This document shows, in pieces, positions 28,950-43,397 of a DNA stretch of 64,000 bases. The position numbers and the translations under genes were made by a program. The notes under the pieces were generated by a model that saw only the letters and a list, made by a program, of their open reading frames with translations, did no database searches and was not told where the DNA came from. How positions within the stretch are numbered: the first letter of the stretch is position 1; each line of letters begins with the position of its first letter. The stretch spans positions 92,318,001-92,382,000 of the forward strand of contig OX597823.1 of NCBI GenBank assembly GCA_951406725.2, read 5' to 3'. The DNA comes from Octopus vulgaris (lineage: Eukaryota).

Positions 28950-29550
28950 GGAAGAGCTTGATATATAAGTGGAGCATAAAGATTGAATTCTAGTTGGGGA
29001 GAAATTAGCTGACATGGATCACGGAAACTATCAAAGGTTGTAAGACATGACATGGACAATTGCAAAGGACTTGTGCTCTCTGGGCCTCTAACAGCGTAGG
29101 CCTACACATAAAGATCTGCTGACAATTCTTTATGCTATTTAGACAAGGAAGAACATCATAGATTCGGTAGGAAGTTAGATGTGTCCCACCAAAGATGCTT
29201 AAAAATATCCTGAGAACGTACTGGCAAGTCTGTATAATCAACTGAAATAATCTAAGGAGAGCTAACACAAGACCACTTCACAAAATTATCAGAGAACGAT
29301 GATTAAAACAAGCAAGTCACATCTTTCAGCTATCAAAGGAATGCCTTCTCAAACAACTTTCAAATGGACACATCTGGAGGAAAAAATGGAAGACAAGAAG
29401 ACAGAAAACTACATGGCACAGAATATTCATAACCGACACGAGAAAGACCAATATAAAATAGCCGAATGTAAATATACCTGTTGACAGCAAAAATCCTTAG
29501 AGTGAATTTTTTTGTCCATTGAGCTCTAGCGCAGAAGAGGGGACTGAGTT
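28950..29550 (+). mobile_element. Decayed RTE-clade LINE 3' region
   Basis: LADMDH (LxDLDYADD-like), SVGLHI, LKNILRTYW, LRRANTRPLHKIIRERxL, QKTTWHR. Confidence 0.6.
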
Positions 29551-30659
29551 TACAACTAATTCTCATACATTGAATATCATATTGTCGCTCTTTTGTTCTC
29601 TGATATTTTTTACTCTCCAATAGATTTTCCAAACTTTCATCCTTTGCTGGCTGCAGCTTCTATACCGTGACGTGCAGATATATGGAACTAATTTACAAGC
29701 ATTTGTAAAGAAAAGCCATGCAAGAATAATTATCAGCAGATATTCTACGACCTATTTTGCATGAGAGTTTAAACTTCATTCTCTTTCCATGCACCGGGAT
29801 AGATCAAGTACAATTATATTCACGCATATTCCAAATATGAAGCGATACACATTTTAATTTTAAAAACCAGCGCCCCATAAATTACTGTCACAAGACATTC
29901 TAGTTTACATTTTACGAATCCAGATATTTTTGAAGCTTTGACAGATTACTCGAGTGCACATCCTTAGTCTACTAAACTCAATCTATGCAGCAACTTAATC
30001 ACACATACGAACGGAAAAGTTGCTTCGCTTCGAATCACGCTTTATGAGAGTTTAACCGAAGAATTCTGTCATATTCGTTCTACTTTTCCCCTGACAGCAA
30101 AATTACAAGTTCTAATTATATGAGTTGCAAAATGACCCAGTAACAGGATACAAATATGTTTGATCAAATAATTGTCATGTCAAATGGGCTAATAATAATT
30201 TTAAAGTTGCACCGAGAATGATACTTAATAATTACTCGACCTGTTCTTTTTTTTTTGTCATGTAACTTAAAATATCAAATTATGTTTAATTTAATATTCG
30301 TCACAGTTCCATTTAAGAATAATAGCCCGCAATTCAAGGAAAAAACATATCTATTGATTACACGTACATATGAAAACTATAAAGCTATTAATATTACAAC
30401 AATTGTTTGAAAAAAATGTAATTACTCTCGTTGTTTTCAGACTATCACAAAAGTGAGAGTGTATGCACACAAGTGCATATACATACACACTGCCAGACAG
30501 CAAAAGAGAGTCATGCATTCAGAATCATATACATACGCACACATTCGTGCAAACACGCGGTTCTGACGACATTTAAGAAGCATTCAGGTAAATTCTACCA
30601 TGTATTAACGAAGATATTTTACTATCTTCGATTTCGATTGAAAATTCAATTAGTTACAT

Positions 30660-31180
30660 CATATACATAAACACACACACACACACACATACACACACAT
30701 ACATATATATATATACACATACATATAGACACACATATATATATGTGTTTATATATATATATATTTAAAGGCACGCACGCACACGCACGCACGCGCACAC
30801 GCACGCACGCGCACACACAGACACGCACACAAATATATATGTGCAAAGATATATGTGTGTGTGTATGTGTGTATGCATATATCTGCACACACACAGATAC
30901 ACACACACATATATATATATATGCATACACATATATGTATATAAGTATAAAATATAATATACATATATGCATACGTACATAAATATATGCATACATATTT
31001 GCTTATATATATGTGTATACATACGTACGTACGTATATATGCATGTATGCATGTATGCGTATATATGTATATATATATATATGCATGTATGCGTATATAT
31101 GTGTGTGTGTGTATGTGTGTGTGTGTGCATGAATGTGCGTATGCATGTGTATATATATTTGTATGTATGTATATGTACAA
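30660..31180. repeat. Degenerate (CA)/(TA)/(CATA) microsatellite block
   Basis: Low-complexity alternating purine-pyrimidine sequence. Confidence 0.92.
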
Positions 31181-31809
31181 CGTCTGCGATATTTTCCGAA
31201 CAAAACTGAATATTGCAAAATAATGAAGAAAAAAGAAGACATAAATAAAGAATAAATGAATAAAAAAACATAAAAGCAAAGACCGAAATTACTTATCACG
31301 CAAAGAAAATATTCCAAGTGTTTTATTTAATTAACGGAATAACATGTGAAAATGAAAATAGCGAAATAAATTGATAACAACACCGCATACAATATACAAT
31401 ATGAACGACTGATATTTTGCGCATGAATATGTCTACACGACCGTGGTAAGAAAATTTAACTATATTACCAAAAGTATATAACAATAAACACACATACCCA
31501 TATTCGTGTGTGTGTATATATTTATGATGACTGTAGACTGAACATGAAATATGATGTATTATTGCGTGTATCAACTCTCTTGGCACATAATTTCGACATG
31601 AATATTTCTCAACGATTACAAACTAAACGTCAGTTTGAATTCTGTATTCAATATAAATTACTTGATAGAATTGCCAAATTATACAGGGTGTCACTAGGCA
31701 AGAACTTGGTAGAAAGGCGAATTGAAGATAGTTTCAAATCCTTGCCAATTTGGAAAGAACCTATAACTCAAAGTAAACGCTGATGAGAATAACAGATAAA
31801 TGAATATAT

Positions 31810-32605
31810 TGTCTACTCTACGCACAAGGCCCGAAATATTTGGGGAGGCAGGGAAGTCGATTAGATCGACCCCAGTACGCAACTGGTACTTAATATATCG
31901 ACCTCGAAAGAATGAAACTCAAAGACGACCTCGGCGGAATTTGAACTCAGAACATACAGACGAAATACCTATTTCTTTATTACCCACAAGGTGCTAAACA
32001 TAGAGGGGATAAACAAGGACAGACATAGGTATTAAGTCGATTAGATCGACCCCAATGTGTAACTGGTACTTAATTTATCGACCTCGAAAGAATGAAACGC
32101 AAAGACGACCTCGGCGGAATTTGAACTCAGAACATAAAGACAGACGAAATGACGCTAAGCATTTCGCCCGGTGTGCTAACGTTTCTCCCAACTCGTCGCC
32201 TTAAAAGATAAATTAATATACTTTTCTACTCTGGGCGGAAGGCCCTAAATATTTGGAGAGGGAGTGATTCGATTAGATCAACCTCAGTACGCGTAACTGG
32301 TACTTATTTAATTGACCCCGAAAGATGAAAAGTAAAGTCAACCTCGGCGGAATTTGAACTCAGATCGTAGCGGCAGACGAAATACCTATTTCTTTACTAC
32401 CCACAGAGAGGACAAACAAGGAAAGACAAATGGATTAAGTCTATTATATCGACCTCAGTGCGTAGCTGGTAGTTATTTAAGTAACCCCGAAAGGATGAAA
32501 AGCAAAGTAAACCTCGGTAGAAGTTGAACTCAGAACGTAGCGGTAGACGAAATACCGCTAAGCATTTCGCCAGGCATGCCAAAGTTTCTACCAGCTCGCC
32601 GCCTT
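31810..32605 (-). mobile_element. Two tandem SINE family A dimers
   Basis: Heads at ~32201 and ~32605; junctions at 31962-31975 and 32379-32392. Confidence 0.87.
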
Positions 32606-33069
32606 AAAAGATAAATAAATATAGTCGCAGTTATGTCTGTGTAGTTACGAAGCTCCCTTTGCAATGATATAGCTTCGGGTCCAATCTTATTGCACAGTAC
32701 TTTGAATGAAGTGACTTTCAATATATCTGCGTGTAGATTATTATATTGTGAGTAATGTGGTCAACGGAAAATTTGTAGAAGAGCGTCACACATACCTCCA
32801 TGCGAGTACACACACTCACACATGAGTGCATATAGCTACATCGGTCAGACTATCGGATGTTACACATCTCTGGTCATATGGCTCTTCTTCGCATTGTTTT
32901 AGCTTTCAATTGATGCCAACCCGCTGGCTGAGTGAGCAAGCTATAAGTTTTACTAAAGGAAACGCCAGGCCATCGTTGTGTTATGCATCTGCAGCGGAGT
33001 GTTATGGAGCAATGACAAGTAGTGAAGAACATAAAACACCGCTGTCCTGAGAATGGAACAGCGATCGCA

Positions 33070-33375
33070 GTTTATTGAGCGAAAAAACACCTAAAGCTCC
33101 ACGATGCTCCGGCAGAGGGTGGTGGCGACACCTGTTGTACTCTTTCGCTCCAACTTTCTCTTACTCTTTCTTCCTCTTTCTTGTCCCCGACTTCCTATGC
33201 AACCGCTGAGCCTGGATGCGCATTTATCCATCCATCGATGCTCTCGGTGTCGGGGGTTGACCTGCTTTCTCTTCTGCGGGTCTTAAGAATAGCAAAGGAC
33301 CACGTTTCGGACTTCTCCCATCTTGCGAGCTCTGGGACGAAGACCGTTCGCTCAACAGCAACAGCAACAGCAACA
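33070..33375 (+). mobile_element. SINE family B body with an alternative 3' tail ending in (CAACAG)n
   Basis: GTTTATTGAGCGAAAAAACACCTAAAGCTCCACG...ACTCTTTCTTCCT matches family B, then diverges. Confidence 0.6.
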
Positions 33376-33556
33376 GGGATCGCAAGGTCGTTATCGCAAC
33401 ACCCTAACAAGGTTATACCCCTACATATATGCACACAGACACACACACACACACACACACAATTTCTATATGCAAGTGTGCGTTTTGGTGTTTGTGTTTG
33501 TCCCACCACTGCTTGAGGTCCGATTTGGGTTTGTTTGCATCCTTGCAACGGAGCAG

Positions 33557-33589
<33 letters not shown>

Positions 33590-33590
33590 T

Positions 33591-33625
<35 letters not shown>

Positions 33626-33689
33626 GATAAATTAATAGATACAACTGAGTGGGCAAACAATAATATGAGACACTGCATAGTGCTTTTTT

Positions 33690-34005
33690 ATATTTTGATA
33701 AGCCTAGTAATTATTCTATCAGTTTCTTCTTGTGAAACCAATAAGTTATGGGGATGTAAATAAACGAACACCAGTTGTGAAGCAGTGATGAGGGAGAAAC
33801 ACAAAGACACACACATAGACTTACATATATTCATACATATACATACAATTGATTTCTTTCTGTTTCTGTCTACAAAATCCACTGTCAAGGCTTTGGTTGG
33901 TCTGAGGCTATAGCAGAAGACATGCCAAGTTACCACAGAGTGGGACTGAACTGAGGATCATGGGTTTTGGAACCAAGTTTGTTACCACACAACCTCACCT
34001 GCACC
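33690..34005 (-). mobile_element. SINE family C
   Basis: CAAGGCTTTGGTTGGTCTGAGGCTATAGCAGAAGAC...GTGGGACTGAAC homologous to 3190-3356. Confidence 0.75.
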
Positions 34006-34241
34006 TATGCATATATGTGTGTGTGTGCGTGTGTGTGCGTTCATGGGTGGATCGGTGTGTGTGTGTGTGCGTATGGGTGTATATATGTATGCATGTATAT
34101 ATATGTATATATATGTGTACATATTACATGTACATCTATATATACATATACATGCATATCTATAGAAATACGTCTATACATATACATGTATACATATACA
34201 GCTATACATATACATGTATACACATACATCTGTTTATATAT

Positions 34242-34312
<71 letters not shown>

Positions 34313-34373
34313 CATCCATATACATACAATAGGGAAATGTTTTTGTTTCACTTTTAACACGTAATACTGAAAT

Positions 34374-34708
34374 AGTGGAGAAGATGTCATATTGCTGTGG
34401 GCTCGCCCTAGGCTAGAAGTTAAACACTTTTTTGCCCATGAAACTAAATGGACCTTAAGTAAGGCATGTGTAAAATTTGAATGAAATTGGATGTGTATTT
34501 TTCAAGTGTTAGGGATTCATAATGGAGAAGATATGATATTGTTATGGGATCGCCCTAGGCAAGAAGTTAATTCTTTTTGTCCATGACACTCCTTGGACCC
34601 TAAGTAAGGCATGTGTAGAATTTGAATGAAATTGGTTGTATAGTTCTCAAGTTTTAGGGATTCACACAGACAGACAGACACACATTCTCTGTTTTATATA
34701 TATATAGA
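34374..34708 (-). mobile_element. 5' part of a non-autonomous Helitron-like element with a ~147-bp internal tandem repeat x2
   Basis: Minus-strand start A|TCTATATATATATAAAACAGAGAATGTGTGTCTGTCTG resembles the 20195 Helitron start; repeat units at ~34389 and ~34536. Confidence 0.65.
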
Positions 34709-35431
34709 TTAATATTATAACATTAATATTATTTTAATAAATTCTTCATTATTTTAAAAATTAATTGAAAGAAAGACATTGTTTTTCAACACTGATATAG
34801 TAGCAGAAATCTTTCAACGGTATACATTTTGATATGACTATATTGTTTTGTAAATCCATGCTTCTAAATGTTGCTTGCTTCCCTAACTTTCGAATGATTA
34901 GAACGTTAATACACGTTTTCATTCTTTGAAGCTTTAGTTTTGTTTCTCATTGTTTTAAATTTGACGGAATTGTAATCTAAATTTTCAGTTTTGTATGTTG
35001 ATATAATTTGTTGATATAATTTGATTTCGAAATTGTATCCAAAATATTTTCAAATTAGATTGATAATAGAGAACAAAAGTGAGTTTCGAACAAGTTAGAC
35101 GGATAATTTTTTCTGCACCTATGTATTTAATGCTACTTTTATTTTGAAATTATAACGTTAACGTCTGGGCAAAATGAAGTTTGAAGATATGTCTAGAATA
35201 GAAAAACGTATGAATTTTGTATATAATTATGTCTGACATTAGTTTATTGGTGATGCCTGGGGTGTAACATCTTTTTGGTTTTATCATAAACTATATCATT
35301 TTAATCAACATGAATCTGATTTAGGCAGAAAAAGATTCAAACCTGGACAGCTGAATTCAACATATTTAATCCTCTAAACCGGCCGCTGGGAAAAAAAGCA
35401 ACTAGACAATATGTTTATGCAAAAACTCATC

Positions 35432-35819
35432 GGAAGCACTCCGTCAGTTACGACGATGAGGGTTCCGGTTGATCCGAATCAACGGAACAACCTGCTCGTG
35501 AAATTAACGTGTAAGTGGCTGAGCACTCCACAGACACGTGCAACCTTAACGTAGTTCTCGGGGATATTCAGCGTGACACAGAGAGTGACAAGGCCGGCCC
35601 CTTGAAATACAGGTACAACAGAAACAGGAAGTAAGTGTTAGAGAAAGTTGTGGTGAAAGAGTACAGCAGGGATCACCACCATCCCCTGCCGGAGCCTCGT
35701 GGAGCCTTTTAGGTGTTTTCCCTCAATAAACACTCACAACGCCCGGTCTGGGAATCGAAACTGCGATCCTATGACCGCGAGTCCGCTGCCCTAACCACTG
35801 GGTCATTGCGCCTCCACAG
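35432..35819 (-). mobile_element. Full-length SINE family B with 13-bp TSD
   Basis: GCAAAAACTCATC at 35419-35431 and 35820-35832. Confidence 0.92.
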
Positions 35820-36771
35820 GCAAAAACTCATCAGTTAATGGTTAAAATAGTTAAAATGACTCATAATAAGTACGTACTGAGTTATTATGTTTTAGCTGAG
35901 ATTAAGACAAAATCACAGAGAAAACTTTTACGATCAGAAAATATTGTCTGACATTTAGCCTCAGTGCTGTATATTTTATATTCCTCATTTGATGGAGTAA
36001 TATTTCAATTTCCTGCAACGGAATTTTCTTCTAAGTACTGTAGCTTTGTTCACTTTCCACATGGTCAATCACTGCAAAATGTATCACACGATCACGCCAC
36101 TGGTTCGAACTTAAAAATACGGTTCCGTCAAGTACAAATATAATTATAGTTGGTATTGATAATATAAGCACTTTCATTGCAGAAAGATTCTGCAATTGGA
36201 GAAGAGCCAGTGTTAATAACTTTTTCATTGAAAATGCTTTGTGTGTAGACTTAGCAGAGATTACTGGAAACTTTAACAAAGTTTTAAGAAACGCTACTGC
36301 AGCACATTTATTACTGAAGTATTAAGTTCTTTCATAGGAAGTCCAATGTTCTGGTTCGTTCAAACAGAGTTTTATGTAAGTACTATGCAGACACTGTTCA
36401 CATGTACCTGCATATGCACGTGTTAATATGTGCGTATATATGTGTTTATGTATGTGTTCTCAAAATACAAATATATCGAAAGAGAGATAATCCGAATGTA
36501 GATCTTGAAAACAGAAACAATCCCTATACTAATTTATGCATTATCTGTGATTAAAAACATATAAACAAATAGATAACCGACCGAAACACTACAACTTACG
36601 AATGCATACAGCATGCAGAAAATAGCACTACTAGGCGCCGCACACATTCTACACAAGGCACGTTCAATACAGTGGAAAGAACAGGACCAAAACAGACCAC
36701 AGCAGATACCAAATGTACATAAAACTGTGCTCAGTAGTGCAATGAAGGCACGCTATAAAAATAACTCTACT

Positions 36772-36797
36772 GAATAATAATAATAATAATAATAGTA

Positions 36798-36880
<83 letters not shown>

Positions 36881-36893
36881 TATAATAATAATG

Positions 36894-36948
<55 letters not shown>
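36772..36948. repeat. (AAT)n microsatellite
   Basis: Direct repeat run. Confidence 0.97.
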
Positions 36949-36949
<1 letters not shown>

Positions 36950-36951
<2 letters not shown>

Positions 36952-37175
36952 ACTGCTCATATCCTACATACTATCTATGTAATCTCAAGTTTTAAAACAA
37001 ACACATAATTTTCTTATGGTCTCTTAAACATTCTCTAGAACAACATTATGTACAAAACCAAATATATGGCTCCCTAGGCATAACACCAACATGAACTTCC
37101 AACTTGTTGTCTCTTCACGTCTCTGGGTGAGACTTGGAGCCAACTTGTACAAATGTAAAGCAAAAGTCAAACATA
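36950..37175 (+). mobile_element. 5'-truncated 3' end of the same Dong family as 16338-20612
   Basis: TAHIL codons, then a 3' UTR aligning with 20035-20194 plus 20586-20612. Confidence 0.85.
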
Positions 37176-37998
37176 AAATGCCACTAAGCTTTTTGTGCGG
37201 AGTGCTCAGGATTCTACAGCTAGCAGCCTTTATAACAGCAACAACAATAACTAGCAGTACCCGCGGAAATTCCACGGTAAATATGAGGTCTATTTTGGTG
37301 CTTGAAATTTTACATAAAACCATAAAAATCAGTGTTCCCTTATATATTGTATGTTCTGCGTTATATAAATTTAAAAGGCACTTCCCAGTTCTTCTGAATG
37401 AGAGTGTAATTGATGGCGCATGACTTTCCGTCTCTCTCAAAAGTTCAGAGATTCATTCGCAAAGCTGAATCCTAATGGCTACAAAATCATTCATATGAAT
37501 GGTATTGAAATTTCCCTCCCCCCATATCTTTACAGTTTAATATTCTTACAGTTTTTTTATTTTTTTTTTACTTTCTTGAACGCGTTCTCATTTATGTTGT
37601 AAATACTCACAATTCATATCTTTGAATCATATTTTCCGTTCTACAAACTGATGTTCGCCTGCTTGTTCCAGTGATTCAGTCATCTGCTACTCTTTACGTC
37701 ACTGACTCCACCGCCTCATTCTTTCGCTTCTTAGCTTACATCAGCTGTCATCCATATTTTATACTCAAATATGAATTTCCAAGCGAACAAACGACAAATA
37801 ATTGCACTTAAACGCGTGCGTTAATTGACAGGTGCTAGAAAATAATCTACTTTAATTAAAAGCATACACTTAGTACTCCTCACTCACCACCACCACCACC
37901 ACCACCACCACCACTACCAACAACACAACCACCATCATCATCATCATCATCATCATCATCACCACTACCACTATCACTAAAACCACTACCATCACAAT

Positions 37999-38228
37999 TA
38001 TTTCTTTACTGCCCACGAGGGGCTACACAGAGTGGACAAACAAGGACAGACAAACGAATTAAGTCGATTATATCGACCCCAGTGCGTAACTGGTACTTAT
38101 TTAATCGACCCCGAAAGGATGAAAGGCAAAGTCGACCTCGGCGGAATTGGAACTCAGAACGTAGCGGCGGACGAAATACCGCAAAGCATTTCCCCCGGCG
38201 TGCTAACTTTTCTGCCAGCTCGCCGCCT
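37999..38228 (-). mobile_element. SINE family A monomer (tail A)
   Basis: Well-preserved head, core and tail. Confidence 0.9.
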
Positions 38229-38424
38229 TTACTACCATCATAATAGTTCTCAGCAACCATGCTCAAAGCAAGAATATATCATTTCATTTCAATTCAGTTT
38301 TTTGCTTATATATACTGTTTTCGGCTGTCAATACGAAGTTCGAATGATTTTTTTTTTTTAATAATAATAACATCCACGTCTATTTCTCCTTCATTGAAAA
38401 ATCTGTTTAATGTTATTATCATTA

Positions 38425-38900
38425 TTTTTTACTTTTACTCTGCATGTTTGTCACAATCACTTGCCGGGACACGCCCAGCGTACTAGGGTGAGTGAAGGAT
38501 GCGAGATGTTACAGTATGACTGAAGACTTGAGGAGGGTAAGTATCAGGGGCAGTAGCAAACCATCTTCATGAAATACAGCACAGATATTGAAAATGATAG
38601 GTTTTATTATAAGGATGTGGACAGTGATTGTCAGTACAATCTTTTGGATTTCTCTGAGACATGGTTCTCCTGGGATATTATCTAGATGTTTCTGACATGC
38701 CTTTCTTATCATACCTAGGGCACTCACAATAACAGGAACAGTTCTCGTTTTAAGATGCCACATCTTTTGTATTTCAATTTTCAGGTCGTTATATTTACTC
38801 AAATTAGCAAATTTCTTTACTGCTATATTTTTATCGGTGGAAACACTTATATCTATTAGTGTACAAGTATTTTCTTCCCTGTCTTTAATTATTATCATTG
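38425..38900 (-). mobile_element. R4/Dong-type RLE 3' fragment
   Basis: CTLIDISV, LSKYNDLKIEIQKMW, VPVIVSALG, EIQKIVL. Confidence 0.85.
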
Positions 38901-39490
38901 TCCCTTCTCCCGTCCATTCATCGATGTATGTATCTATAAAGATAGTTAAATAGATCGACAGAGAGAAAATATATAAATTTAGGTGGAGTTTCGGATCAGG
39001 ACGCCTATATAAGTTGGATCTTTCTCCGTGCTGAGATTTTCTCCCATTTCTTTCCCCCACAGTCTTTGAAATGATGATGTGTGCGTGGGTGGAGGCTTCA
39101 TTTTAAGAAAAAAATCTTGAACATTCATGATTTTAAAATAATTTTCTCACCTCCCCACTCACCCCATCTCCGAACCGATATTGGCCAATTCATTTGGCAC
39201 TCCTTTCTTAAAAAAACCTCGAGGGAAGCCTTTTCGATAAAAACAAAAATTGTAAATACTTTCAGACAGAAAGGTGTGTGATTTAAGAGAGATTTGGCTG
39301 TTGTTTCAAGCACATCCCACAAGCACTGTCTTCTTTGTTTTTCTTTGTTTTGGTACTCTGAAATGTATTGATGATTTTTACTATTCATCTCACCATAAAC
39401 ACATTTATGCTCTTAAGAAAATGTTGAACATTTATGCTATTTTCAACCCTAATCCCTCCTCCCATCGTTTCTGTTTATCATTTAAAAGTA

Positions 39491-39865
39491 ATGGAGGCGC
39501 AATTAGGGTTAGGGCAGTGGATTCGCGGTCGTAGGATCGAGTTTTAGATTCCCAAACCGGGCGTTGTGAGTGTTTATTGAACGAAAACACCCAAGGCTCC
39601 CCGATCTCCGACAGGGGTGGGGTGGCGAACCCTGCTGTACAATTTCACAAAAACTATCTCTCACTGTTTCTTCCTGTTTCTGTTGTACCTGTATTTCAAA
39701 GGGCCAGCCTTATCACACTCTGTGTCACGCTGAATCTGCCCGAGAACTACGTTAAGGGAAGACGTGTCTGTGGATTACTCAGCCACTTGCACATTAATTT
39801 CACAAGCAGGCAGTTCCGTTGATCGTATCAACTGGTACCCTCGTTGTCGCAATCGACGGAGTGCC
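39491..39865 (+). mobile_element. SINE family B
   Basis: TGGAGGCGCAAT...GGTTAGGGCAGTGGATTCGCGGTCG head through the GACGGAGTG end. Confidence 0.87.
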
Positions 39866-40785
39866 ACTACCATTTAGATATACTGGAGAGACTGAGGAAG
39901 TCATTGCTGGAATTTGTCGACAGTGATTTAAAAAAAATATGTACTTTTATTCTATTATTTGTTTCAGTCATCTGGCTGCGGCCATGCTGGACCACCACCT
40001 TGGTATGCAAGAGATAATTTATTTTTATAGCATTCTTTGGCATTAGCAAATGTGTCTTTTTACTGACACTCACGACGTCGCTTATTTCGAGGTATAAAAA
40101 TTTAAATTACAATATTTTTGTTATTGAAATCCCAGTAATGGACCACCGGTGTGTTACTTCCATATCATCCTTCCATAAACTGTGTTTATGGGTAGAAAAC
40201 TATTAAAAAGAGATATGTAAGAGTGACAAAGAAACGAAAGCTCTCGCCGTAAGATGTGCCAGAAACAACAGTCAAACATCCCTTTAATCTCACACCTTAT
40301 ATTTTAAATTTGATTGTTTTTCTTTTTTTACGGAAAAGACTTCTCTCATTGTTTTTTAAGTACGTAGTACTTCCAAAATTGGGCAAAATAGATCCTGAGA
40401 GTGAGGATGCAGTGAGATGTGTGGGAAAAAATCATAAACTGTCAAACATTGGATCACATGAAAAAATACCCACTTACCGACATTCTGAAGGCCGTGGTCA
40501 GAAGAGAAGTTGAAAGAAATCCTTGTCAAGACAAAGAAAATTCAACTTAAGTGGGTGTCCTGATTCGAAACTCTGTTCAACTATTGAATATCAGAATATT
40601 ATTTTTTTGAGAGTAATCATAATATATGATGTTTAGAATTCCTCTATGCTAAATACTTCATCTCTCTATCTCTATCTCTCTCACATCGTAAGCATTCCTC
40701 TCTTTCTCTCTCTCTCTCTTCACCTTTCACTTGAACTAATAACGTGTCAGCTTCATGCAGCGTCGAGCAGAAATACCACCACTCA

Positions 40786-41182
40786 AGGCGGTGAGCAGGC
40801 AGCGTCGTTAGCACGCCGAGTGAGATGCTTTGCTGTATTTCGTCTGCCGTTACGTTCTGAGTTCAAATTCCTCCCATGTCGATTTTGCTTTTCATCCTTT
40901 CGGGGTCGATTAAATAAGTACCAGTTAGGCACTGCTGTCGATATAATCAACTTAATCCGTTTGTTTGTCCTTGTTTGTCCTCTGTGTTTAGCCCCTTGTG
41001 GGTAGTAAAGAAATAGGTATTTTGTCTGCCGCTACGTTCTGAGTTCAAATTGCACCGAGGTCGACTTTGCCTTTCATCTTTTCGGGGTCGATAAATTAAG
41101 TACCAATTGCCTACTAGGGTTGATGTGATCGACTAGTCCTCTTCCCACAAATTTCAGGCATTGTGCCTTTAGTAGAAAGGAT
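40786..41182 (+). mobile_element. SINE family A dimer (tail A then tail B)
   Basis: Junction GAAATAGGTATTT at ~41010. Confidence 0.87.
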
Positions 41183-41210
41183 GATAATAATAATAATAAT
41201 TATTATTATT

Positions 41211-42318
41211 GTTTTACTTCAGAGAAAGTTCGGTCTAGTTTGTTCTGGTAGGTTCTGTGAGAGCGGACAGCAGCCTGCTGTCAGCAGTCTCACACGGTCT
41301 CTTCCTGTACATTATATACTTTGATACTTGGTTGTTAATTATCATTGGAGACATTCAACATTCAAGTACCAGTCTCAATATCCAGCTGTTCGTAGCAGAG
41401 CCGATTATGGAGGCTTGCTTTTCACTCATGTCAATTAAATTTTTTTTGACATATTTCTCTAACTTGGTTGTTAGTGCTCGGTGTGCCCCTACAAAAACTA
41501 GAATGACAGACATTCTCCTCATAGTTCAGATTCTCTGCAATTTCGTCTTTTATTAGTCTGTACTTTTTAATATTTTCTTGTTTTTGTCAATTATGCCTGC
41601 ATCTTAAAGTGTTGCAATATCTGTGATCTTGGTTTACTTTTTTCCCCCTTTATCTACCACAACAATATCTGGTCTCCGAGGATTGATTATGGAGTGACAA
41701 TGGATTGTAAAATCCCACAGTTTCTTATGCTCCTTATTGTCGGCGACTTTTTCTGTTTCATTTTCGTACTATTTCCGTGCTCTGTTCGGGCCGTACTTTT
41801 CATATAGCCTCCAGTGGTGAACTTAGTCACGTTATCGTGCCTCTTTTTAAAGTGCCGTTGGACCGGTTTGCTACAACCACTCACAATATGAGAGATTGTT
41901 TTGTTTCTGCTGCCACACATCCTGCAAAGGGGCGATTCGCTACTCTTATCTATTTGGAACTTGGCGCACTTAGTTCTGAGATCTTGTTCCTGGGAGCTGG
42001 GTATCAATACCTCAATGCACCCTTCCAGTTGACTTTTCTTAGCCATCTCCAAGGTGTGATCTTGTCAATTTCTCTGAGGTATTGCCCGTAGAGTGACTTC
42101 CTTTTCCAGTTGTTGACTTCTTGTTTCTTAAATGTTTGTGAATTCAGCACGTTTTTCGGTAAATATTGTATTGTTAATTCTAACAAAGATTCACTCTGCT
42201 GTGTCATGCACCATCCCAGATTGTTCTTCGCATTGACAACACATATCTTGCATACTATGAGACCTATTCTCCCCATGTTTCTAGGCACATACAATATGTC
42301 AATATCGCTTTAGATTAG
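41211..42318 (-). mobile_element. Decayed R4/Dong-type 3' fragment
   Basis: YVPRNMGRIGL, WKRKSLYGQYLRE, QEQDLRT, SPLCRMCGSRNKTISHIVSGC, KRHDNV; ATT runs at both ends. Confidence 0.85.
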
Positions 42319-43397
42319 CATTATTATTATTATCGTCGTCGTCGTTGTCGTTGTCGTTGTTGTTGCTGTTGTTGTTGTTATTGTTGTCATCATCATATAC
42401 AATAGTGCTGTAATGAAGCAACACCTTATTCACAATATCCTCTTTCATTCCATCGTATATGTTGGTATATACTTTGCGATATTGAAGGGCGCCTAGTGAG
42501 ATTTTTGAAATTAGTGCATACGTGTATTAACATATATTTACGTGTTTGTGTGTATGGGTACACACATGCACACACACACAAACGCATTGGCTCTCAAAGT
42601 TCTTACCTGACACGCTATATAGCACCTCGAAGTGAATACCAGCATATCATGGAACGAGTGAATGCCGTGAATAAAGCGCAGCTCTACCGCTGCCTTATTA
42701 AGCAAACATGTGAGATACACACTCGTAACAACTGAATGACGAATGACAAATGGAAAGCAAACACTTCTTATTATATTTAAATTGCTTACGTATGAGACGA
42801 GTCTTCAATTATCCATGTATACAATTGTCATTATATTATATAATGTAAAATATAATTACTAACATTTACGTCGAAATAACATTAATTTTATGGAATGAAT
42901 ATTGCTGTTGACATTTAAGAAGCATGAATCAATCTCTCCAGGGTTTATAGCTGCTAATAATACTTCTTTTGTATGCTCGCTTCTGACCAGCTGAGTCTTA
43001 ACCTTGTAGAACTGATGCCGATGGCAGTTATAAGGAATTTGAAATTTTGTTCTATTAAGTTTTTACTATTGTGAAGAAGTTTTTAACCACCATGGAGACA
43101 TTCGTGAGCCTGGTATATGCCAGTACAGTTCATTGTGAAAGTTTATTGCTAAAAAGAAAACTAAAAGTCCATTCCTTTCTAAATATGTACATATATATAT
43201 TACAAAATGATTAAATGGTATCTCTGATACGGTGTAAAACCTGAGTAGCAACCCAGGTTTTCGTTACTGTAATGTATACGATAATCATTACATAATGAAG
43301 GTTATTAGACGTATTGATTTTTATAGAATCGCTTTTTCAAGGTGATGACATTGTTTTGCTAAAGGTGTTGCTGTGATTGTTTGAAAACTAACGCTTT

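Noticed and set aside
35740-35817. tRNA-like cloverleaf heads (also at 15151, 39491 and 3290)
   Set aside because: SINE heads continuing into SINE bodies, without a proper acceptor stem; not tRNA genes
39125-39388. ORF with CLWD resembling a MADF/Myb-like domain
   Set aside because: Overlaps a repeat end (GAAACAACAGCCAAATCTC) also seen at ~40260; the motif is probably coincidental
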